In this document: positions 27,785 through 36,300 of the stretch, piece after piece
How positions within the stretch are numbered: position 1 is the first letter of the stretch
Layout: every line of letters begins with the position of its first letter
Source: a virus
Lineage: Duplodnaviria > Caudoviricetes
Length of the DNA stretch: 64,000 nucleotides
IMG/VR virus record: IMGVR_UViG_3300032236_000300
Span: 1,214 to 65,213 of that record
Direction: 5' to 3' (one strand)
Translations under genes and position numbers: made by a program
The notes under the pieces: generated by a model
Seen by the model: only the letters and a program-made list of their open reading frames with translations
The model's database searches: none
Told to the model about the DNA's origin: nothing

Positions 27785-30309
27785 CCTACTCACGCAGAGA
27801 ACTTTATGCCTTGGGTGAGCCTCTTGGAGATAGCGCAACCTACCGCAAGGCCGACGGCGGTTTAATCCTTGGCGGTGGCGGATCGTCTGCTCCTTCTAGC
27901 CCGACACAAACACAGACTCAAGTTCAAGACTTACCTGATTGGGCCAAGCCATATGCGCAGAACGTACTGTCGCAAGGCGCTGCTTTAACTGATATCAATC
28001 AGAATCCATACCAACCATACGGCGGAAATCGTATTGCTGGGTTTACTGATTTACAGAATCAAGCGTTCCAAGGTGCCCAAAACATGGCACCGTCTCAGCA
28101 GCTAAACACTGGCACGGCATTGGCTGGGGTATCTGGCTTGGGTGGTCTAGGCGTTGCAGGGCAAGCTAACCCACAGAACTTCCAACAAAATGTTGGCGGG
28201 TACATGAACCCGTACATGCAGCAAGTGTTAAATCCACAGCTGGACGAATTACGTCGTCAGTACGGTATTACTGGAACTCAGCAGGCTGGGCAGGCTACAC
28301 AAGCTGGTGCATTTGGCGGTTCGCGCGACGCGATCATGGCGGCTGAAAACCAACGTAATCTTGGTACAGCACAAAACCAAGCAATTGGTCAAGCCTACGG
28401 CAATGCATTTACTAACGCACAAAACCAGTACAACGCAAACATGCAAAACCAGCTTGCTGGTTTTGGATTGGCAAACCAAGCCGCTGGTCAGTTAGGCCAG
28501 TTAGGTCAGACTCAGTATGGTCAGCAGATGGGTATCAACCAACTGCAGAACCAGTATGGTGCACAACAGCAGGCTTTGAACCAACAAGGTTTGACTACTG
28601 CCTACAACGACTTCTTGGCTCAGAAAAACTACCCATACCAGCAGCTCAGCTACATGGCAAACTTGGTGCACAACACACCAATGGGCATGAACACGACCTC
28701 TCAGGTCTATCAAGCGCCTCCGACTGGAGCGCAAACTCTGGGTGCTTTGGGTCTAGGTGCATACGGATTAAGCAAAATTGCGGGTGGTGGTTTAGCAGAA
28801 GACGCACCAAAGTACGGTATCGGCGGTAGTGTTTTAAGTCGTGGGTTTAAAGATGCTGCGGTTGCTAAGATCCCTACTAACGAAGGATTACAGGCTGCGG
28901 CACAAGGTGCTCAAGCACGTGGGGATATAAACACCCAACTAGAAGCCCAAGGGCTGATGAAGCAGGGCGATGCCATAAGACAGGAAGACGCGGCTATCAA
29001 TCGTGGTATTGCTGGACAGTTGCCAGAGCAGTTTGCTGACAATATGGTTCGTGCTGCTCGTGGCGGCATTATGGCGTTTAAAGAAGGTGATGTTGTCGAT
29101 GACTCCGAAGATGACGAAAGAGTAACAACTGACCAAGATGGTGCTTCAATTGGCTTTACAGGTACGCCTTCCCAACAGGCTATGGCGCAAGGGTTTTTGG
29201 CTTCGCAAGCAAGATTACAGAACGCTCCACAGTATGAGCCTCTAACTCGTAAGGGCAGATTGTCCGCACAGCAGCGGTCTTATGAAGACCTAAAAACTAT
29301 GGCTGGCCCCGACCCATATGGCGCGTACGAGAAGCAACTAGCTGAAGATAAAGATACTAGCGCTAAGGTCCTAGAACAAAACAAAGGTCTTGCTGCTTTG
29401 CAAGCAATTCCAGCCGTCCTTCAACCCGGAGGAACGCTTCGTGCTTTTGGTGCTGGTCTAGGAGCACTCGGTACTGGATTCGCTAAAGCTGGCGAGGCCG
29501 ACCGCGCTGAGAAACGATACCTCGGTCAAATGCAGTTCCACTTGGCTGATGCCAAGCGCAAAGAAAACATGGGTATGTACGCCGAGGCTCGCAAAGACGT
29601 ACAAGATGCTGAAGTTGCAAGACTCAATGCAATTAAAGAATACCGCGCTCGTGAGACTGCATCTGGTGGTAACTTCGCTAAGATGGCGCAAGCCTTGCGT
29701 GCTCCCGCTGGTTCGGGCGGTGCAGGTAAGTTGCCACAGGTTGATCGTGATGCTGCAGTGCTAGCAAAACAAATTGTTGACCTAAAAAATAAAGATCCTA
29801 ATGACAAACAGATCCCACTTTTAGAGTCAAAACTTACGGCACTAAAAGATATTATTGCAACGACTAAGACTTCTGATATTGGCGCTAACAAAGCAGAAAT
29901 TGAGAACAAGAAAATCTTTGGCAATATATCTCTTAAAGCTGCAGATGAGGCCCGTAAGAGTGCGTTAGCGGAAGCGTCATCCAAAAATGTTTGGGGCGCT
30001 AAAGATGCAGATGCTAAATTTACAGAGATATATAAGCGGAAATACGACGAGGCTATTGGTAGACACGCCGAAACTATTGGTAAATCCAAAGATGAAATTA
30101 CGCAAGTTGCACCTATGCCAGAGCATGGGGTTAAAAACCCCAACGCCGCTCCAGCGGCAAAACAAACTACGGGCGCAGCAGGGGCACCAGATATTAAGAG
30201 CGTTTCAGGAGCGCCAGCTGGTGCTACCATAGGAAGGAAGACCCTTCAAGGGTATGAAATCCTTGACTCTACCGGTAAACTAATCGGGTACGCAAAAGGC
30301 ACCTCATGA
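27781..30309 (+). CDS. Probable ejection / DNA-transfer protein
   Basis: Gln/Gly/Ala-rich; LPDWAKPY, YMNPYMQQV, GAFGGSR and YPYQQL motifs. Confidence 0.65.
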   Translation: MTYSRRELYALGEPLGDSATYRKADGGLILGGGGSSAPSSPTQTQTQVQDLPDWAKPYAQNVLSQGAALTDINQNPYQPYGGNRIAGFTDLQNQAFQGAQNMAPSQQLNTGTALAGVSGLGGLGVAGQANPQNFQQNVGGYMNPYMQQVLNPQLDELRRQYGITGTQQAGQATQAGAFGGSRDAIMAAENQRNLGTAQNQAIGQAYGNAFTNAQNQYNANMQNQLAGFGLANQAAGQLGQLGQTQYGQQMGINQLQNQYGAQQQALNQQGLTTAYNDFLAQKNYPYQQLSYMANLVHNTPMGMNTTSQVYQAPPTGAQTLGALGLGAYGLSKIAGGGLAEDAPKYGIGGSVLSRGFKDAAVAKIPTNEGLQAAAQGAQARGDINTQLEAQGLMKQGDAIRQEDAAINRGIAGQLPEQFADNMVRAARGGIMAFKEGDVVDDSEDDERVTTDQDGASIGFTGTPSQQAMAQGFLASQARLQNAPQYEPLTRKGRLSAQQRSYEDLKTMAGPDPYGAYEKQLAEDKDTSAKVLEQNKGLAALQAIPAVLQPGGTLRAFGAGLGALGTGFAKAGEADRAEKRYLGQMQFHLADAKRKENMGMYAEARKDVQDAEVARLNAIKEYRARETASGGNFAKMAQALRAPAGSGGAGKLPQVDRDAAVLAKQIVDLKNKDPNDKQIPLLESKLTALKDIIATTKTSDIGANKAEIENKKIFGNISLKAADEARKSALAEASSKNVWGAKDADAKFTEIYKRKYDEAIGRHAETIGKSKDEITQVAPMPEHGVKNPNAAPAAKQTTGAAGAPDIKSVSGAPAGATIGRKTLQGYEILDSTGKLIGYAKGTS

Positions 30310-33300
30310 CATACGAATTCGTTCCTCTCTCCAAGGCTGAACCCACAGAGGCAAAAGACCAAGGAGAAGGTGGCGAGTTTACGTTTGTCCCATTAGCCGC
30401 CGCAAAATCGCCTATACAAGAAAGAATGACCGTTCCTACGAGTGTGGGGACGTCTGGCGTCAGCATGGCTGAAGCGGAAGAAGAGCCTACCCGTCCAGTT
30501 CCTAAAGGCAAATCTATATTTGAGCGCGGCGTCAAGATGGAGCCGCCTACTGTTGACTACCAAAAGAACTTGGAGACTATGCGCCAGAGCGGTAGTCCTG
30601 AGTCGGTTATGTTTACTCCCGGTCGTCAGCTTGAATCTATCGACCAACAGATCATGCGTGGCGAGGCACGCAGAACAAGAGAGCAGGAGATTGCTGCTAA
30701 GAAAGCCGCCGAGCTTGCTGCAACTAAAGAGTTTTTACTTAAACGTCAAGCCGAACAAGAAGGCTATGGCGTTGGTTCTTTTGGGCAAGACATTGCTGGC
30801 GCTACAGCTAAAGGCATTGTAGGTTTAGGGCAGTCTGCTGCTGGTCTAGCGCAACTTGCTACTGGCTGGATTCCCGACGATCCAAATATCAACCCGCTCC
30901 AGATAGGCCAGTGGGGGAAGATGCTGGACAAGCTTGGCTACGACCCCGAAGCCACAAGTCAATTTATATCTGGGCTGCAATCTCCACAAATGCAACTGCA
31001 ACAAAACGAAGTTGCTCAAGCCAAAGGATTCTTTAATACCGCCGCAGCACTTGCAGTAAACCCGCTTGCGCTGCTAGATTCGATTGTTGAGTCTCTCCCC
31101 GGAACTGTTGGTGCAGGTGCTGCTGGTGGTAAGTTCGTACGGTATCTTGCAGGTAAAGCTACGCAAGAAGCAGCAGAGCGCGGGCTAACAGGTGCAGCCG
31201 CACAGAAGTTTATTGCCGAAAAAGTAAAAGAGAAATCTACTCAAATTGCTGCCGCCGCAAGTGCCGCCGAGGGCGCACAAACCGCTGGTTCTATTGCTGA
31301 CCAAGCCCGTGCCGCTGGTAAAGATTGGGATGAATACGTAGCTCCTGCGTTAGCGGCGGGGTTTGGCACGGCGGCTATTGGTGTTGTTGCTGGTAAAGCG
31401 GCGTCCAAACTTGGTATCGGTGACGTAGAAACTGAAATTGCTGCACGCTCTGCGGGCGTCAAAGGGGTTGGTGTTGGCGCTGCTGACCAGTCTCTAGCAA
31501 AAGTTGTACGTAATGAGTTGATTAAAGAAGGCGTCTTTGAAGAGATGCCTCAGTCGGTGCAAGAACAAATCTTTACTAATCTTGCTACTGGTCGTCCTTG
31601 GAACGAAGGTGTAGAAGAAGCCGCAGCACAAGGCTTAATGGCTGGTGCTGGTATGGGTGGCGGGCATGCTGTTATTGCTCGTGCGTTGCAACGCACTGGT
31701 GAAATCGTCCAAGAGCAGACTAACAAATTAGCTCAAAGTATCGTTGACCAACGTCAGCCGTCGGCAGAAGAACTGGCTAAGTCCAAAGGATTCCTGCGCA
31801 AAGAAGGAACCAAAAAAGAAAAGTCTGAAGACGACCTTATCGCCGACTTGGATAAATACAACCAAGAACAGATAGACGCTGAAGAGGCCGCGCCTCCACA
31901 GACTGAAGATGAAAAGTTAGCCGCTAAAGAAGCCGCCGACGAACGTGCAGCGATCCAAACTACGCACGAGTTCGTGCCTCTGCAAGAAGACCAAACAGTC
32001 CCAGAGCCTCCCGACATCTTTGGTAAGAAAGAAGAAGCCGCACCTGCCGCTGTTCAAGAAGCCGCACCTGCCGTTGCTGAAGAAACAGATCTGCAACGCG
32101 CAGATAGATTAGACGCCGAGGCTGCTGAACAAGAGACGGCTCAAGAAGCCCGTAAAGCCAACGCTCGCGAAATTGCCAAAACTAACTTTGATGCCGCTAT
32201 TGACCAAGTAGATAGCCTTGAGTTCAATGGCGATCTTAATGCGGCCTTTGATTCGTATAAACAAAACACGCTCGATACATTGGCTGAGAAAGGCGAGAAA
32301 GATCAGTATGTATCCGATGCCGCCGACCGTGAATTTGATCGGTTAGTTGCAGAGCACAACGAAAAACAGACGCCTACAGCAACTCTTGAGCCAGTAAAAG
32401 ATCAAGAAACAATCCAACAAATTAGACGTGAAAACCCTACAAATGGCGTTTCACTTGGGGATTGGACAGATCCAAATACAGATAACTTATGGGACGGCGC
32501 TAACTATTATGCTGGTATCGCCCAAAGATATGGTGGCCCTACTAGCCTTACGCCCGTCACTACATTAGCGGAAGCTAAACAGGCTGAAGCAAACGGCAAA
32601 TCTATATATGCAGTAAATAAACCAGAGCCAGCTACGGTTGAAGAACTACAAACGCAGCGCGAAAACGCACGTTTGGAGATGATTAAGCTGCATACCAAAA
32701 CTGGTAATAGGCCAAAGACGGGTACCAAGAAGCGTGAAACCTATGATGCTTTACAAGAAAAGCTAAACAAACTAGACGTCGAAATTGCTAAAGTAGCAAA
32801 ACCAGAAGCACCAGAGTTTAACGGCGAACCCGCCCCTATCAGTACTGATCTTGTAGTTATAACTCCACCTGCGGCAGTACAACAAGTACCTGCGCTACCA
32901 CCACCCGATCAAGCATCACCTGATCTACAGGCAGTCTACGACTCCGCCGCCGCTAAAGCAAAGAAGGCGTGGGAAGTTTTATCACTTGCTGATGAAGCAC
33001 TATCTCAAGAAGAAGACCCTTCTGATGGTAGCCAGCCTTCTCCTGTAAAACTTAAACGCTTAACTGATGAGCGAAACAAAGCACATGCTGAGTGGGAAGT
33101 ATTAGAGAAAGAAGCCGAGAACGCATTTACTGCGCTTACTCACGAGCCCTACACCGTAGAAGGTGAAGTCCGTATCGTAGAAGAAACCGTAGCGCCACAG
33201 CTTGCGGCTCTTCCTGCACCTGATGTAAATCGCCTAGAGAAGCACTATGGCTTAAGCGCAGGCTCGCGTGACTTCGTTCTCAAAGTTAAAGAAGATATTG

Positions 33301-36300
33301 TTCGTTACGCCAACGAAGGTGCCGAGGTTATTGCCGAAGCCATCCGTGACATTATTGGCAAACTGCATGCAGGTGTCTTAACTGCAGCAATTATCTTTAA
33401 CCCAACAAACGTAAGCACCGCCGAGTTTGTTACTTACCCAACAGCCACAATTGCCATAACTGAACAGGTACTTGCTGACTTGCCAGCGGGCACGGAGATG
33501 ATGTCGGACGGCGCTAAGCAGTCTTATAAAGTTCTGTACCCATCTATCAAAGATAAGCTGCAAGCAAACAACAAAATCCTTACGATCGTAGATAAACCCA
33601 AGGGTCACACGTACGTGTTCAATCCTGACGGTACTCTATTGTTGCGTACCAAGACGCTGACAGGACTGGCCCCCGGGGACTTCTATAAAGGTAACAACAA
33701 CCTTCCACAGAACCGTATCACCCCCGCAGGGTTCTTCACATTCGGCCTGCGTGATGCAATGCGTAGCGTTGACGAGGCAAAGACTGCTGGCGAGTATGAC
33801 TTCGGCAAAGTGTTCGTGCTAGATAAAGTTATCGGCGGCGAATACAGCATGACCTTGATGCACTCGGTGTGGATGCACGAGTCCGACGCCGCTATGCGTG
33901 CAAAGGCTATTGCCAGTGAAAGCGAAACAGATTCACGCTATTCGTTTGGTTGCATCAACGTAAACAAACAAACCTATAAGTTCCTGATTGATAACCATCT
34001 CAAGCAAATGGATGGCTCATCGGTGTTTGTTGTTCCTGACAACCCTGCAAACTTAGCGTCTCTCCTATCGGGCAAGCCAGAGAACCGTGACGGACTTGAG
34101 CGTAATGTATTCACACCCCCAACAAAGACAGTAAACAGAACTATTGATTCTGCTACTACAACTCCAAACCTTGCATCTGCTGCAGCTGCGGACAGACGCA
34201 GGAATATGTTTAGAAGCATCGTTGCTAACGCGCTTCCAGACGAAGTTGGACCAGACCTTACCGAAGCTATTGCCCATAATCAAAGGGGCATAAACAAACT
34301 AGATGCGCTCTACAAAGACGGCAAGATTACTCCAGAGCAATACGCGGAAGCGATGCTCAAGATTAACGAGAGCATTAGAGAGCGTGCGGATAGAAGTCGT
34401 AGCAACAAGAGTAAACAGCGTGGATTCGGTCGTGTTGTAACCGCATTAGAAGATGCTAAGAAAGCTGGGCGCATTAGTCCAGAGACCGCCGACTTTGCTA
34501 TTTGGTTCTTGATTCAGAACCCCGCGCTTGCAGATGATCTAGCTATTAAGATCGCCCTCCCAAAAACAAAGAGGGAAAAAGAAGCTACTGAAGGTACTGC
34601 CGGAAACTACAACCCTATTGCAAAAATAGTTCGTTTAGTTACACGCAAAGCGCCGACACCGTTTGAGGCTGAGACAGAAACTGAACGCTACGCCGCTACT
34701 AAAGAAGACACGGCTGTTCACGAAATACTGCACCATCTTGAGCGTATGTTGCCCGTGCAAGTACGCCGTTTGATACGCAACGAATGGTCACGCCAGATTA
34801 GAGACAAGCTAAAAGAAGCAGCTAAAACTAAAAACACAGCGCTTCAGTTCTATCTAAATAACGTAATCAAAGCCAACACTGAGCAAGACATGGTTGCTTG
34901 GACGCTTGCGTCTAAGGCTATCCAAGATGGTGATGTGCCATACGAAATGTATGCGCTATTTAACCCTTCAGAATTCTGGGCGGTTAACGCATCTAACCTA
35001 CTGTCTGATCGCTACTATGCTGGCACTAAGTTCCAAAAAGCAAAACAATGGATGCGCGAGTTCATTGAAACGCTTAAATCTATATTCGGCTTGAGTAGCG
35101 ATGATCCGATCATCCAAGGTCTAAATGCTGTATTGCGTGGCGATGGCACTTTTGTATCCAAAGACATGCTTTCAGAAGGCAAGCCTGACCAAACATTTAG
35201 ACAGATTGTGCAGAAGGGTTTGCACCCTTCCGTAGTTGAAGCAATAAACAACAACGACATCAGCGGCGCTCTGCGTGCTGTAGCAAAGAACACATCTGGT
35301 ATCTACTCCGTGCTTGCCGCACGGTTGGCAGAACTGAACCTACCTACAACAATCGGCTTTAACCGTGAAAGAGAATTGGTACGCCAGCACATAGACAGCA
35401 AGTCTAGTCAGCAGCAAGTCCAACTCTTTACCTACGTACGCCGTGCGTACCCAGAACTATTTGAAAAGTATTTCAAGAACTACGATCGGTCTGAGAGTTT
35501 AGAACTTGTTTATGCAGGTTTGAAAGAACTGTACAAACCCCAGTACAACACATCTGCGCTGAATATGCAGTTGGCGCTAGTGCGTGATGAGTTTGATAAG
35601 GCCATGCCCGGCCTCACGCATTCTGGTTTGTACATGCCTAGCTCTGATGCAATCAGCCTTAGAACTAGTGGTCAATTCGGCTTAACTAACCGCGTGTTCT
35701 TACATGAGGTTGTGCACGCCGCTACTGAGTTTGTATTGCGTGACACCAAAGGTCTGAGCCAACGCCAACGCGAAGCAGTAACTCAGTTGTATGTCATGTA
35801 CAACTATGCAAAGAGCCAACTAAACATTGAAGCCTATGGGTTCAAGAACGTATTTGAGTTTGTTGCTGAAGCACTAACCAACGCTGACTTCCAAAAGAAA
35901 CTACGTACCGTCGAATACGAACCCGCACAAGGGTCGGTCTACAACTCGCTGTTGCGTTTTGCAATGAAAATGTTCGGTGCCGACAACGTAGCTGGCGCAA
36001 CAATAATCCAAGCCAACGAGATCTTCTCTGCATTCCGTCCAGCTGGTGCAGTAAATGCACCGTTGCGGTTTGGCCCACCGATCAAGGGTAAGAAGGGCAG
36101 ATACAAAAAAGGCCCGATTACAAGTAAGTGGCGTACCGCCGAGGATGCTGCAGTTCGTTTAGCTGATGCACTCAAAGGTGCAATGAGTAGTATTCCAGAA
36201 GCATCTAGTCTAGCTAGTGCGGTTCGCCGTGCGGGTAAATTTAAATTACGTAACCTAGAGTTCCCATTCTTAGGCTTACGGATGCTCAAAGAGGATGTAC

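Noticed and set aside
29526-30230. 234-aa minus-strand ORF
   Set aside because: Antisense shadow of the ejection-protein gene, with no recognisable motifs.
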